Sequence record: SRR31156797_136
Length of the DNA stretch: 41,252 bases
Strand: one strand, 5' to 3'
Of the stretch, positions 10,207 to 21,514 are shown one piece after another (the stretch's first letter is position 1; each line of letters starts with the position of its first letter). Under the pieces are notes generated by a model. It was not told the DNA's origin, did not search any database, and saw nothing but the letters and a program-made list of their open reading frames with translations. Both the position numbers and the translations under genes were made by a program.

Positions 10207-11029
10207 GATAGATACCTCCGCATCTTCTCTCCATGTCAGCTTCTTCCTCTACATATGTACCCTGTCTTGCCATGATTTCATCAAAGTTGACCAGATGTCC
10301 GTCAAAGTCAGGACCGTCAACACACGCATACTTTACTTCATCGCCGACTGTTACCCTGCAGCAGCCACACATTCCAGTACCATCCACCATTAGTGGATTC
10401 AGGCTGACTGTAGTCTTTATACCATATTCTGCTGTCAGCTTGCAGACAAATTTCATCATAATCATAGGCCCAATTGCTATCACGTGGTCATAGCCGCCTT
10501 TATCCAATAGCTCCCTTAACTTATCGGTAACGAAGCCCTTTTGCCCATATGAACCATCATCTGTTGTGAAATGCAGATCATGAGTATACTGATTAATCTC
10601 CTCTTCCAGAATGATATGTTCTTTGCTTCTTGCACCAACGATAGCTTCCACATACTTACCGTTTTGATACAATGCCTTAACAGATGGAAAAACAACAGCT
10701 GTTCCTACTCCACCGCCTATACAGATAACTCTTTCCATATCCTCCAGTTCGCTAGGTCTGCCTAATGGACCTAAGTAGTCAGCTAGTGCATCTCCTACCT
10801 CCATTTTTGCCAAAAGAGACGTACTGTAGCCAACTTCCTGAAATATTATATCAGTTGAGCCCTTTTCCAAGTTTCTATCTACAATTGTCAGAGGTACTCT
10901 TTCGCCATCCTTATTAACCCTTAGGATAATGAACTGACCTGCTTTTGCCTTCTTTGCAATTCTTGGAGAAAATATCTCCATCCTAAAAGTATTAGGTGTG
11001 ATCTTTTGTTTGCTTAGTATTTCATACAT
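10199..11029 (-). CDS. nfnA: Transhydrogenase small subunit NfnA (PyrK-like FAD/[2Fe-2S])
   Basis: GERVPLT, GGGVG, MVDGTGMCGCCRV...CVDGPDF (Asp-ligated 2Fe-2S motif). Confidence 0.85.
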   Translation of the reverse strand: MYEILSKQKITPNTFRMEIFSPRIAKKAKAGQFIILRVNKDGERVPLTIVDRNLEKGSTDIIFQEVGYSTSLLAKMEVGDALADYLGPLGRPSELEDMERVICIGGGVGTAVVFPSVKALYQNGKYVEAIVGARSKEHIILEEEINQYTHDLHFTTDDGSYGQKGFVTDKLRELLDKGGYDHVIAIGPMIMMKFVCKLTAEYGIKTTVSLNPLMVDGTGMCGCCRVTVGDEVKYACVDGPDFDGHLVNFDEIMARQGTYVEEEADMERRCGGIYHD

Positions 11030-11079
11030 TTTACTTCCCTCTCTTTTATTACATTAATAATTTGAAACTATGTAAAAAA

Positions 11080-11712
11080 TCAACCAGCACTAGCTTCGTT
11101 ATAATAGCGACACAAAGTGCTTAATTGACAGGTATCACATTTTGGTTTTCTGGCATTACAAATTCTTCTGCCCAAGAATATCAGCTGATGATGGCTCATG
11201 ACCCATCTATCCTTTGGAATTAATTTCATCAGCTGTTGACCTGTTTTTTCTGGTGTATTCGCATCAGCCAATCCTAATCTATTGCTGACTCTAAACACGT
11301 GAGTATCCACCGCAAGAGCAGGTACATGAAATGCATTAGATAATACTACGCTTGCTGTTTTCAATCCTACTCCCGGCAGCTTCATAAGCTCTTCCTTATT
11401 ATCAGGAACGACGGAGTTATATTCTTCTATCAATTGTCTTGATGTATTTATAATTGACTTTGCCTTGGTATGATACATACCGCAGGATCTAATCATATCT
11501 TCCAGTTCTTCATATGTAAGTGCTGCAAAATCCTTTGGAGTATTGTATTCCTCGAATAGCTCTTCTGTAATTATATTTACCCGGACATCTGTGCATTGAG
11601 CAGACATAATCGTAGCAATAAGCAGTTCAAAGGGCGTAGTGTAGTTAAGTTCGCACTGTGCATCCGGATACATGCTGTCTAGTATATCTATTATCTCGAG
11701 TTTATTGTCCAA
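11080..11712 (-). CDS. nth: Endonuclease III
   Basis: LPGVGLKTA HhH, AVDTHVFRV, C-x6-C-x2-C-x5-C 4Fe-4S; TTG start after GGAG. Confidence 0.95.
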   Translation of the reverse strand: MDNKLEIIDILDSMYPDAQCELNYTTPFELLIATIMSAQCTDVRVNIITEELFEEYNTPKDFAALTYEELEDMIRSCGMYHTKAKSIINTSRQLIEEYNSVVPDNKEELMKLPGVGLKTASVVLSNAFHVPALAVDTHVFRVSNRLGLADANTPEKTGQQLMKLIPKDRWVMSHHQLIFLGRRICNARKPKCDTCQLSTLCRYYNEASAG

Positions 11713-11813
11713 AAATACACTCCTAATTTTTCTGTTATTATATAATAAATCTATAGCAATAGCAATTTAAAAACTACCGATAAGATAAGGCATATTACAA
11801 TAACCTTCAAAAA

Positions 11814-11842
11814 TTGTCAATAATCAATTTGTATGATATATT
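11814..11842 (+). promoter_or_regulatory. Sigma-A promoter for the priA operon; a divergent TTGACA for nth overlaps its -35
   Basis: TTGTCA-N17-TATATT with extended TG; the minus strand reads TTGACA-N17-TAATAT. Confidence 0.6.
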
Positions 11843-11869
11843 ATCTATGCCCTAAAAGGAGAGATATTG

Positions 11870-14104
11870 ATGAGAATTGCACAGGTTATAGTAGACGTAG
11901 CTCACTCCAATGTAGACAGAGTTTACGACTACATAATTGATGAAAATAATGCATCTGCAGGACTTGGATATTTGGTTCAGGTTCCCTTTGGGCACACAAA
12001 AACAAATGGCTTCATAGTAAATATTACCGATTCCTCAGACTATCCCTCTGATAAACTAAAGAGCATCATTCGCCCTATAAAAAGCTATCCAATACTTACC
12101 AAAACTCAGATTGAGCTGGCACATTGGATGAAACGTCAGTACTCATGCCTCTTGGTTCATTCGCTTAGAGTTATGATACCAGCTAAGCTTAGGGGAGACA
12201 AAATATCAGAAAAGCATGTAAAATATGCAAGACTAAATATACCAGAAGATTCAATTGACTCTGTTATTAGCAATCTAAAAAGAGGTAAAAAACAAATAGC
12301 AATAATTGAGTATCTCCACGAGAAGAATCAGCCTGTCTTATTGTCTGCAATAAACAACGATCTTGGGCAGTCCGCCTCCAGCATCAAATCACTTGCAGAA
12401 AAGAATATAATAATTATTGAGGATAAAAGAGAATACAGAACACCAGCTGAATCAAAACATTACAAAAAAGATAAATTAATAGTTTTAAACAAAGCTCAGC
12501 AATTTGCTGTAGATGAAATACTAAATCCTCAATCGCCAAATAATAAGTATCTTCTGCATGGGGTAACAGGCAGCGGCAAGACTGAAGTATATATGAATAT
12601 TTCTGCTAAGATGCTTGAGCAGGGAAAAAGTGTAATAATCCTTGTTCCGGAAATTTCACTGACACCACAAATGGTAGCACTGTTTCAGGCAAGATTTGAT
12701 AATAACGCTGCCGTGCTTCATTCCAAATTATCAGCTGGTGAGAAATTTGACGAATGGCAGAGGATTGCAAATGGCGAAGCCAAAATCATAATCGGAGCAA
12801 GAAGTGCAATATTTGCCCCTGTTTCAAATCTTGGTCTTATAGTAATTGATGAAGAACACGAGACCTCATACAAATCTGAAACACAGCCAAGGTATGATGC
12901 GGTAGAAGTAGCAGAGCATCTATGCGGTATGTCAAAGAGCATTCTAGTACTAGGAAGCGCAACACCTACAGTCTCCAGATATTATATGTGCAGAAAAGGT
13001 CATTATGAACTGCTGGAGCTGCCAGAGAGGGTGGCAAATGCTGTAATGCCTGATACTCATATAGTAGATATGCGAGAAGAATTCAAATCAGGTAATAAAT
13101 CTATTATCAGCCGCAAACTGCAAAGGTTATTGGAAGAAACACTATCAAGAGGCGAAAAAGCGATATTGTTCCTAAACCGTCGAGGCTATAATACCCATGT
13201 AGCCTGCCGTGACTGCGGATATGTAGTCAAATGTGAAAAGTGCGACATTGCAATGACATACCATATAGTAAACAAGAGCCTTAGATGTCACTACTGCGGT
13301 GATTCCCATGAACCGCCTGCTATCTGCCCTGAATGCGGCAGCAAATACATCAAATATTTCGGCGGCGGTACACAAAAGCTTCAGGACGAAATATCTACAA
13401 TGTTTGAAGGTGCGAAAGTACTTCGCATGGATGCAGATACTACAACAAAGAAAAATTCTCACTATGAAATTCTTCATGAATTTTCATTGGAAGACTCGCA
13501 GATACTAATAGGTACTCAGATGATTACAAAGGGTCTGGATTTCCATGATGTTACTTTGGTAGGTGTAATTGCCGCAGATACATCACTATATGCCGATGAT
13601 TACAGAGCAACAGAGAGAACTTTTCAGCTAATCGCACAGGTTGCTGGCAGAGCAGGCAGAGGTGATCTAAGAGGAAATGTAGTGATTCAGACATATGCAC
13701 CAGAGAATTTTGCTGTTGTACATGCCTCTAATCACGACTATCATAGCTTCTACGATGAAGAAATCAATTTGAGACAGATTGCTCTTTATCCTCCCTTTGC
13801 ATATATGAGCCGCTGGGTATTTTCCAGTGAAGATAATAAGGCAGCAGAATATGAAGCTAATAAAGCATATGATGAAATTATTACTGAAATAACAAATGCA
13901 GGTTTAAATGAGGCTGTGCTCTATCTATATGTCTCAAAGGCAAAAATACATAAGCTAAAAGGGCGTTATAGATATCAATTACTGATAAAATACATGCCAA
14001 GTGAAATGGGTTTTGCTGCTCTTGATTTATTTTGCAAACTAAAGAATACATCTGTTGACCTTTCATATATGACACTAGAAATTGACCCATTAAATATGAT
14101 ATAA
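11870..14104 (+). CDS. priA: Primosomal protein N'
   Basis: LLHGVTGSGKTEVY, DEEH, GSATP, two CxxC pairs, QVAGRAGR. Confidence 0.97.
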   Translation: MRIAQVIVDVAHSNVDRVYDYIIDENNASAGLGYLVQVPFGHTKTNGFIVNITDSSDYPSDKLKSIIRPIKSYPILTKTQIELAHWMKRQYSCLLVHSLRVMIPAKLRGDKISEKHVKYARLNIPEDSIDSVISNLKRGKKQIAIIEYLHEKNQPVLLSAINNDLGQSASSIKSLAEKNIIIIEDKREYRTPAESKHYKKDKLIVLNKAQQFAVDEILNPQSPNNKYLLHGVTGSGKTEVYMNISAKMLEQGKSVIILVPEISLTPQMVALFQARFDNNAAVLHSKLSAGEKFDEWQRIANGEAKIIIGARSAIFAPVSNLGLIVIDEEHETSYKSETQPRYDAVEVAEHLCGMSKSILVLGSATPTVSRYYMCRKGHYELLELPERVANAVMPDTHIVDMREEFKSGNKSIISRKLQRLLEETLSRGEKAILFLNRRGYNTHVACRDCGYVVKCEKCDIAMTYHIVNKSLRCHYCGDSHEPPAICPECGSKYIKYFGGGTQKLQDEISTMFEGAKVLRMDADTTTKKNSHYEILHEFSLEDSQILIGTQMITKGLDFHDVTLVGVIAADTSLYADDYRATERTFQLIAQVAGRAGRGDLRGNVVIQTYAPENFAVVHASNHDYHSFYDEEINLRQIALYPPFAYMSRWVFSSEDNKAAEYEANKAYDEIITEITNAGLNEAVLYLYVSKAKIHKLKGRYRYQLLIKYMPSEMGFAALDLFCKLKNTSVDLSYMTLEIDPLNMI

Positions 14105-14132
14105 TGAAATTTAGCGGAGGAAAAGACACACT

Positions 14133-14597
14133 ATGGCATTAAGGACAATACTGACTTATGAGTCACCAACATTAAGAAAAATATCCAGAGAACAAATAAA
14201 CTTTGACGACAGACTACATACATTGCTTGATGATATGGCAGAGACCATGATTGCCGCAAACGGTGCAGGTCTTGCTGCGCCACAGGTAGGGATTCTGCGT
14301 CGAGTAGTGATAATAGACATTGGAGAGGGTCTGATAGAACTTGTTAACCCTGTTATACTCGAAACCGAGGGTGAGCAAGAGGTAGAGGAAGGATGCTTAA
14401 GTGTACCAAATAAATGGGGCAAAACTATACGCCCTGCCAAAGTAAAAGCACAGTACTATGACCGTTATGGAAATAAACATGAAATTGAAGGTGAAGGCAT
14501 GCTGGCTCTTGCTTTAGTTCATGAAACTGACCACCTTGACGGCAAGCTATACATCGATATTATAATCGGTGAATTATGGGAGAATGAAAACGAATGA
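14133..14597 (+). CDS. def: Peptide deformylase
   Basis: GAGLAAPQVG, EGCLS, HETDH. Confidence 0.97.
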   Translation: MALRTILTYESPTLRKISREQINFDDRLHTLLDDMAETMIAANGAGLAAPQVGILRRVVIIDIGEGLIELVNPVILETEGEQEVEEGCLSVPNKWGKTIRPAKVKAQYYDRYGNKHEIEGEGMLALALVHETDHLDGKLYIDIIIGELWENENE

Positions 14598-15520
14598 GAT
14601 TAGTTTTTCTAGGAACTCCTGATTTTGCAGTTCCCTGTATTAAGGCACTTATACAAAGTCATCATGAATTATTAGCTGTTGTAACCCAGCCAGATAAGCC
14701 TAGGGGAAGAAAAGGCACGCCTACGCCATGCCCTGCAAAGCAGTTTGCAATGGATAATGGTTTACAAGTATACTCATTTGACCGAATCAGAAATAAAGAA
14801 AATATAGAAATACTAAAAGAACTAAATCCTGATGTATTTGTAACTGCTGCATATGGACAGATATTGTCCCAAGCTGTACTTGATGTTCCTAAGAAAGGCA
14901 CTATTAATGTTCACGGTTCTTTGCTGCCAAAATATCGAGGTGCTGCTCCAATTCAAATGGCAATTATTAATGGTGAAAAGAAAACAGGTATTACTACCAT
15001 GCTGACAGAACGTGGCGTTGACTGCGGTGATATTCTCCTGCAGGAAGAAATCCCAATAGATGAATATATAACAGCAGGTGAATTGTTCGACCAATTGTCT
15101 GAGCTTGGTGCAAAGGTATTAATTAAAACACTTAAAAAAATAGAAAACAATGAAATAACGCCAATACCTCAGAACCATGATGAAGCAACTCACTTCCCAA
15201 TGTTTAAAAAAGAAGACGGCAGAATTGACTGGACAAAAAAAGCTCAAGAAGTTCATAATCTGGTTCGTGGGGTTAATCCATGGCCCAGCGCATTTACATC
15301 ATATAATGATACCACTATTAAAATACACAAAACACTAGTGCTTGATAAATCAGCAGATAAAGAATCCGGTACAATATTGAACAACAAAGACTATCTGGAT
15401 ATTGCATGCAGTGACAAAGTACTTCGTGTGCTCGAGATGCAGATACCCGGCAAAAAGAGAATGGAATCTCAGCTGGTCTTAAGAGGATTTAGGATGGAAA
15501 TAGGAGAAAAATTAGTTTAG
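14594..15520 (+). CDS. fmt: Methionyl-tRNA formyltransferase
   Basis: FLGTPDFA, VTQPDKP, NVHGSLLPKYRGAAPIQ. Confidence 0.97.
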   Translation: MRLVFLGTPDFAVPCIKALIQSHHELLAVVTQPDKPRGRKGTPTPCPAKQFAMDNGLQVYSFDRIRNKENIEILKELNPDVFVTAAYGQILSQAVLDVPKKGTINVHGSLLPKYRGAAPIQMAIINGEKKTGITTMLTERGVDCGDILLQEEIPIDEYITAGELFDQLSELGAKVLIKTLKKIENNEITPIPQNHDEATHFPMFKKEDGRIDWTKKAQEVHNLVRGVNPWPSAFTSYNDTTIKIHKTLVLDKSADKESGTILNNKDYLDIACSDKVLRVLEMQIPGKKRMESQLVLRGFRMEIGEKLV

Positions 15521-16843
15521 ATGATAGATAAATCAAGAAAATCTGCCCTTACTGCAATAAATGAAATCATCAAAACAGATGCGTACTCTAATCTTGTTTT
15601 AAAATCAGCATTATATAACCTTAGTCCCCAAGATAAGCGATTTGCAACTCGTCTGGTTTATGGCACATTGGAGAGGCTTATTACCATCGACTGGATAATA
15701 GACAATTATGTTAATAAAAGAACCGCACTAACTCTGAAAAACATACTTCGTATGGGAACATACCAGATATACTACATGGATTCTGTACCTGACAGAGCTT
15801 CCTGTGCAACCAGCGTGGAACTGGCTAAATCTATAGGTAAATCCGGCGCTTCCGGATTCATCAATGGAGTCCTGAGGAATGTCTCACGCAATAAAGACAA
15901 ACTAAAATTTCCTGATATAAATAATAACAGATTGCTCCACTACTCAATAAAGTATTCTTTCCCTAAATGGCTTGTAAAGATGTGGATAGATGAATTAGGT
16001 GAAGATAAAGCAATCCAATTACTATCACATGAGGAAAAAAACGATATAGTGATTCGCCCCAATGCTTTAAAAGGTTTTACACTGGAAAAATTAATAGACG
16101 AACTAAATAATCGAAATATAGAATACAAAAACGGATACATAGTAAAGGACGCTCTTAGAATTGCTGCATCTTTTGAAGATATCGAAAAGGGACTTTTTGA
16201 CGATGGTAATATAGCTATTCAGGATGAAGGCTCTATGCAAATAGCTCAGACAGTCATTGATACGAATCCATCCCAAGTATTAGATGCCTGTGCAGCTCCA
16301 GGAGGCAAGACAGCTGCAATAAAGAACTATGACAAAAAGCAAGACATCACCTGCTATGCATTGGAATTGCACAAGCACAGAGTAGAATTGATGGAAAAGG
16401 AATTTGCACGTCTTGGTGTAGATGCCAAATGCTATCGTCACGATTCAGCAAAAGAAGTCTTTATGCCAAAAGTTGACTGCGTTCTAGTAGATGCTCCCTG
16501 CTCCGGACTGGGAACAATATTTAAACAGTCAGATATTAGAATCAAAAAAACCTATGAGGATATTCAATCACTCAGTAAACTACAATATGAAATACTTCTT
16601 AACTGCTCTAAGTCAGTAAAAGACGGCGGATACTTAATCTACTCAACATGTACAATATCTCAAAAAGAGAACAAAGATGTTGTAGCAAAATTCTTGGCAG
16701 AGAATCCGCAGTTTATAATTGAGAAACCATCATATGAAAACAAAAAGATAAATGATACATTTGATGAATATGGTGTACAGCTACTACCATCGGTCCACAG
16801 CACAGCAGGATTTTACATAGCCAAACTAAAACTTATACAATAA
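15521..16843 (+). CDS. rsmB: 16S rRNA m5C967 methyltransferase
   Basis: NusB-like N-terminus, LDACAAPGGKT, DAPCSG, YSTCT. Confidence 0.93.
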   Translation: MIDKSRKSALTAINEIIKTDAYSNLVLKSALYNLSPQDKRFATRLVYGTLERLITIDWIIDNYVNKRTALTLKNILRMGTYQIYYMDSVPDRASCATSVELAKSIGKSGASGFINGVLRNVSRNKDKLKFPDINNNRLLHYSIKYSFPKWLVKMWIDELGEDKAIQLLSHEEKNDIVIRPNALKGFTLEKLIDELNNRNIEYKNGYIVKDALRIAASFEDIEKGLFDDGNIAIQDEGSMQIAQTVIDTNPSQVLDACAAPGGKTAAIKNYDKKQDITCYALELHKHRVELMEKEFARLGVDAKCYRHDSAKEVFMPKVDCVLVDAPCSGLGTIFKQSDIRIKKTYEDIQSLSKLQYEILLNCSKSVKDGGYLIYSTCTISQKENKDVVAKFLAENPQFIIEKPSYENKKINDTFDEYGVQLLPSVHSTAGFYIAKLKLIQ

Positions 16844-16857
16844 AGAAAGAGTAAATA

Positions 16858-17892
16858 ATGAAAAAAAGTATGCTTGATATGAGCATTGAAGAGATAACAA
16901 AAATAGCCGCAGAATACAATATGCCCAAATTCCGAGGAAAGCAAATAAATTCATGGCTGCAAAAGGGAGCTTCCTTTGAGGAAATGAACAATCTTCCAAA
17001 AGATTTTAGGAAACAGCTTGCGGAAGATTTCGTTACTGGTCACGCTAATATACATGAAAAGCTGGTCTCGAAAATTGACGGTACTATTAAATATCTATTT
17101 GAGCTCCATGACGGCGTTCTGGTAGAGGGTGTAGTAATGAAATATGATTACGGTAATACCCTTTGCATGTCGACACAGGCTGGCTGCTTAATGGGCTGTA
17201 TATTCTGTTCATCAGGATTAGATGGCAAAACCCGTGATTTGACAGATGGAGATATGCTTGCTCAGGTAATAGCTGCAATAAAGGATATTGGCGGCGAGCG
17301 TCCCATAAATAATATCGTATTAATGGGAAGCGGCGAACCATTTGATAATTATGATAATACTATTAAATTCCTTAAGCGTGTTCACGATAAAGACCATCTT
17401 AATATTGGATACAGAAGTATTTCGTTGTCTACTTGTGGTTTAGTGCATCAAATAAGGTCTTTCTGCGAAGAAAATATCCCTATTACAATGTGTATTTCTC
17501 TCCATGCTGGAAATGATGAAACCAGAAAGAAAATAATGCCCATTGCAAATAGTTATAGTATCAGCGATACTCTGTCTGCTGCAAAAAAATACTTTGATAC
17601 TACAGGAAGACGTATTATAATAGAATATACACTCATTAGAGGAATCAATGATGATGAAAAGAATGCACGTGATTTAGCTAGAGCGTTAAAGAATCTTACA
17701 TGCAATGTAAATATTATCAGACTCAATGCAGGTGCTGGGGATTTAATCCCTAGTTCAAAAGATGCAACAAGAAAATTTATGGGGATTTTGAAGGAAAACA
17801 AAGTAAGTACAACACTAAGGCGAAGTCTTGGCTCAGATATATTCGGTGCATGCGGACAGTTGCGCCACAAAGTTATAAATAAAAACATCTAG
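16858..17892 (+). CDS. rlmN: Radical-SAM 23S rRNA A2503 methyltransferase
   Basis: STQAGCLMGCIFC, MGSGEP, ACGQL. Confidence 0.93.
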   Translation: MKKSMLDMSIEEITKIAAEYNMPKFRGKQINSWLQKGASFEEMNNLPKDFRKQLAEDFVTGHANIHEKLVSKIDGTIKYLFELHDGVLVEGVVMKYDYGNTLCMSTQAGCLMGCIFCSSGLDGKTRDLTDGDMLAQVIAAIKDIGGERPINNIVLMGSGEPFDNYDNTIKFLKRVHDKDHLNIGYRSISLSTCGLVHQIRSFCEENIPITMCISLHAGNDETRKKIMPIANSYSISDTLSAAKKYFDTTGRRIIIEYTLIRGINDDEKNARDLARALKNLTCNVNIIRLNAGAGDLIPSSKDATRKFMGILKENKVSTTLRRSLGSDIFGACGQLRHKVINKNI

Positions 17893-17906
17893 AAAGGCAT
17901 ATGTGA

Positions 17907-18659
17907 ATGAAGGAAAGATACAACATAGATATTGTGGGTGTAACTGATACTGGACTTGTAAGAAGCAATAATCAGGACTTTTTTTACACTGCTAAAGATG
18001 AAGACAAATTAATGCTGGCAATCGTTGCTGATGGTATGGGCGGATACAGAGGAGGCGACATTGCAAGTAAGCTCTGCACAGAAACCATAGTCCAATATAT
18101 TAACTCAAAATATAATATAAATACTGATATTGACAAACTGCTCCTAGAGAGTGTAAATGTAGCAAATAATGCAGTATACGAGTATTCTCAACAAAACGAA
18201 TATCTCAAAGGCATGGGTACGACTATAGTAGCGGCTGCATTTGAGAGTGATATAGTGCATATACTAAATATTGGAGACTCCAGAGCATATTTGATTAAGT
18301 CAGATTATAGTGTTGATCAGATAACAGACGACCACACCCTTGTCAATGAATACTATAAATCAGGTAAAATCACTCTGGAACAAATGAAAAAGCATCTATA
18401 CCGTCATGTAATAACCCGAGCTGTTGGTACAGAGCTTTTTGTTAAGCCTGATTTATACAAACTAAAACTAAAAACCAACGAATGTCTTCTATTGTGCTCT
18501 GATGGTATGTACGAATATATAGACGAAAAAACTATAGGCAGCACTCTTAAATCCCATAATGATACATTAGAAGCGATTAATAAGCTGATATCTATTGCAA
18601 AATCATCAGGCGGCGAAGACAATATTACCATAGTAATAGCATCAAATAAGAAGGCGTAG
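17907..18659 (+). CDS. stp: PP2C Ser/Thr phosphatase (Stp1/PrpC)
   Basis: RSNNQD, VADGMGG, GDSRAY, CSDG, GGEDNIT. Confidence 0.93.
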   Translation: MKERYNIDIVGVTDTGLVRSNNQDFFYTAKDEDKLMLAIVADGMGGYRGGDIASKLCTETIVQYINSKYNINTDIDKLLLESVNVANNAVYEYSQQNEYLKGMGTTIVAAAFESDIVHILNIGDSRAYLIKSDYSVDQITDDHTLVNEYYKSGKITLEQMKKHLYRHVITRAVGTELFVKPDLYKLKLKTNECLLLCSDGMYEYIDEKTIGSTLKSHNDTLEAINKLISIAKSSGGEDNITIVIASNKKA

Positions 18660-18662
18660 GAA

Positions 18663-20633
18663 ATGATAAATACAATTATAAACAACAAATATATCGTTAA
18701 CAGCCTTATTGGTAAGGGTGGAATGGCTCAAGTTTACAAAGCTACCAGAATCGAAACCAGAGAAGTTGTTGCTATCAAAATGCTCAGGGAGGAATTCCTA
18801 GGCAACAAAGATTTTGTAAAGATGTTTAATAAGGAAGCCTTGATTTCTCAACAAATTATCCATAGAAATGTTGTTAATACTCTTGATGTAGGCTCATACA
18901 ATGATTGTCCGTATATAGTTATGGAATATGTTGAGGGGCAGACATTAAAAGAGTATATTAAGAAGAAAATAGTCCTCACCGAACAAGAAACTCTGGAAAT
19001 TGCAGTGCAAGTATGTGATGCACTAATATATGCCCATGAAAAAGGTCTTGTACACAGAGATATAAAGCCTCAGAATATTCTGCTGGGCAAAGATAATACT
19101 GCAAAAATAGGTGATTTTGGTATCGCCAAGGTTGCAAAAAGTTCAACTATTACTATGAGCAGCTCATCAGTAGTTGGTTCAGTTCACTATATGTCACCTG
19201 AACAGGCAATGGGACAGCATGTAGGAAACACTGCTGATATATATTCATTGGGAATATCCATGTTCGAGATGCTGACTGGTTCTGTGCCTTTTAAGGGTGA
19301 ATCCCCCGTAGCAATCGCTCTTCGCCACGTTAATGAAGGAATAATTGCGCCAAAAGGCATCAATACCAGCATTTCTGATTCTGTAAATAAAATAATATTG
19401 AAAGCAACAAATAAATCACAGGAATATAGATACTCTTCTGCCAAGGCTATGAGAGACGATATTATAAAAGCCTTTGATGACAAAACAGGTGATTATATAG
19501 TTAATACCATTGATATGGATGCTACTCGTCAACATTCCGTTATTACAAAGGACATGCTTAGCAAGAAATACCAAAGTACTGCACATATAAACGACTCAAA
19601 CACTAATACTACTGGTACCAGCCCTGAAACAAATGCATATGAAGAATCACAGGAAAGAAAAAAACGACATGTGCTTCGTTATCTTTTTGCTTCAATTGTA
19701 TCAATTTTTGTGCTGATAGCTATATTTATGATTGTCCAATATAACAATCCAATTGCTGAGCCCGAAGCAACAGAACAGATGGTTCTGATTCCAAATGTTG
19801 TGGGACAATCGCAGGATGAAGCAGTCAGGCTGTTAAAAGTCCTGGGAATACAATATGATATTGAATATGAAACAGATGAAGATAGTGCCACTGATATTGT
19901 ATTGGCACAGTCACCAATGCCAAATCTCCATGTAGATAGTTCAATAAAAGTTATACTCACTGTAAGCAAAGGACCAGATCTTTACGATGTACCTGATGTT
20001 ACAAATATGTACTTCACTGAAGCCATTGAATCAATCATAGATGCTGGCTTTACAGTAGGTGATATTTCACAGGAAGTTTCTGAGGATGTGGAGAATTATG
20101 TAGTTCGACAATTGCCAAAATCCGATGCTCAGGTAAAATTAGGAGAAGAAATAGATATATGGCTTTCCATTAAAAGCGATACCGGAAATATAATGCCGAA
20201 TGTAATAGGTCAATCCTATCAGAATGCTATCTACCTGCTAAGCTCATTGGAATCTTATGCAGATAATCTTGTAACCGAGTTTGTATTAAGTGGATATGAC
20301 AAGGGTATAGTGGTAAATCAAGAGCCTATAATGGATACTACATTATCACCAGAACAGACTATTACTCTTTATATCAGTAATGGTGAAGGGGAGAAATTCG
20401 TACTTGATAAACAAGTGCTTGTATCACTGCACAAGGAGGAAAATCATCTGGTAATAGTTTATGATGATGACGATGTATCCAGTCAGATTGTATACGACCA
20501 GATTCTTACTAAAGGTGACCATGAAATACAGCTGAACTTAACATCCAATACTCCAGGTGAAAAGAACCTGACCATATACTGCGACGGTGAAGAAATTGGC
20601 AGAGACAGAGTTGTTTTCGAGGTGAGCGAGTGA
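18663..20633 (+). CDS. pknB: PASTA-domain Ser/Thr kinase (PknB/PrkC)
   Basis: GKGGMA, HRDIKPQN, DFG, SPEQ, one TM helix, three PASTA-like repeats. Confidence 0.93.
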   Translation: MINTIINNKYIVNSLIGKGGMAQVYKATRIETREVVAIKMLREEFLGNKDFVKMFNKEALISQQIIHRNVVNTLDVGSYNDCPYIVMEYVEGQTLKEYIKKKIVLTEQETLEIAVQVCDALIYAHEKGLVHRDIKPQNILLGKDNTAKIGDFGIAKVAKSSTITMSSSSVVGSVHYMSPEQAMGQHVGNTADIYSLGISMFEMLTGSVPFKGESPVAIALRHVNEGIIAPKGINTSISDSVNKIILKATNKSQEYRYSSAKAMRDDIIKAFDDKTGDYIVNTIDMDATRQHSVITKDMLSKKYQSTAHINDSNTNTTGTSPETNAYEESQERKKRHVLRYLFASIVSIFVLIAIFMIVQYNNPIAEPEATEQMVLIPNVVGQSQDEAVRLLKVLGIQYDIEYETDEDSATDIVLAQSPMPNLHVDSSIKVILTVSKGPDLYDVPDVTNMYFTEAIESIIDAGFTVGDISQEVSEDVENYVVRQLPKSDAQVKLGEEIDIWLSIKSDTGNIMPNVIGQSYQNAIYLLSSLESYADNLVTEFVLSGYDKGIVVNQEPIMDTTLSPEQTITLYISNGEGEKFVLDKQVLVSLHKEENHLVIVYDDDDVSSQIVYDQILTKGDHEIQLNLTSNTPGEKNLTIYCDGEEIGRDRVVFEVSE

Positions 20634-21514
20634 GTAAAGCTTTGAAAGGAAGAATTATTCAGGGAATCGGAGGATATTACACCGTTGTAAAGGATGAATG
20701 CAAATATATATGCAGAGCAAGAGGTAATTTCCGTGCAAAAAAAATGACACCAATGGTAGGAGATTTTGTTGAATTTCTTCCTCCAAATAATGAAAGTGAA
20801 GGCTACATTACAAATATAGTTGATAGAAGAAATCACCTGAAGCGACCCTTAGTCGCAAATATTGATATGCTGGTAATAGTACTCGCTGCAGCGTATCCCA
20901 ATCCGGATTTTTACGTAGTAGATACTCTGCTCATTAATGCTACAAAATTAGGAATCGATGTATGCCTAATAGTAAATAAAAGAGATTTAGACATAAAATA
21001 TGCCCAAGAGATTTTAGACATGTATACATACATTGATGACAAATTTATAATCAGCACTCTGGATGATTCGGACTTTACACCTATAGCAAACCTGCTAAAA
21101 GGCCTGACTTTTTGCCTAGCGGGGCAATCCGGCGTTGGCAAATCATCAATTCTCAATAAACTCTTACCAGATGCAAACCTGAAAGTCGGTGACATCAGCA
21201 GGAAAAATAAACGAGGCAGGCACACCACTAGACAGGCAAATCTTATTCCGTATTATGGCGGTTATGCCGTTGACTCACCAGGATTTTCCATGCTGGAGCT
21301 AGACCTGATGGATCCGAATCAAATCAGTAATTACTATCCTGATTTTGTTCAAGTAGAGCACAACTGTAAATTCTCTGCATGTGCTCATAACACAGACAAA
21401 AACTGCGGCGTGTATGATGCGGTACAGGATGGAAAAATAGATAAATCACGGTATAACAGATACTTAAGAATATATAATGAAATGAAGCAAAGGTGGAAAA
21501 GAAGATATGATTAA
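20630..21514 (+). CDS. rsgA: Ribosome small-subunit-dependent GTPase A
   Basis: NKRD, GQSGVGKSS, GRHTT, DSPG, C-x4-C-x-H-x5-C zinc site. Confidence 0.95.
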   Translation: MSKALKGRIIQGIGGYYTVVKDECKYICRARGNFRAKKMTPMVGDFVEFLPPNNESEGYITNIVDRRNHLKRPLVANIDMLVIVLAAAYPNPDFYVVDTLLINATKLGIDVCLIVNKRDLDIKYAQEILDMYTYIDDKFIISTLDDSDFTPIANLLKGLTFCLAGQSGVGKSSILNKLLPDANLKVGDISRKNKRGRHTTRQANLIPYYGGYAVDSPGFSMLELDLMDPNQISNYYPDFVQVEHNCKFSACAHNTDKNCGVYDAVQDGKIDKSRYNRYLRIYNEMKQRWKRRYD

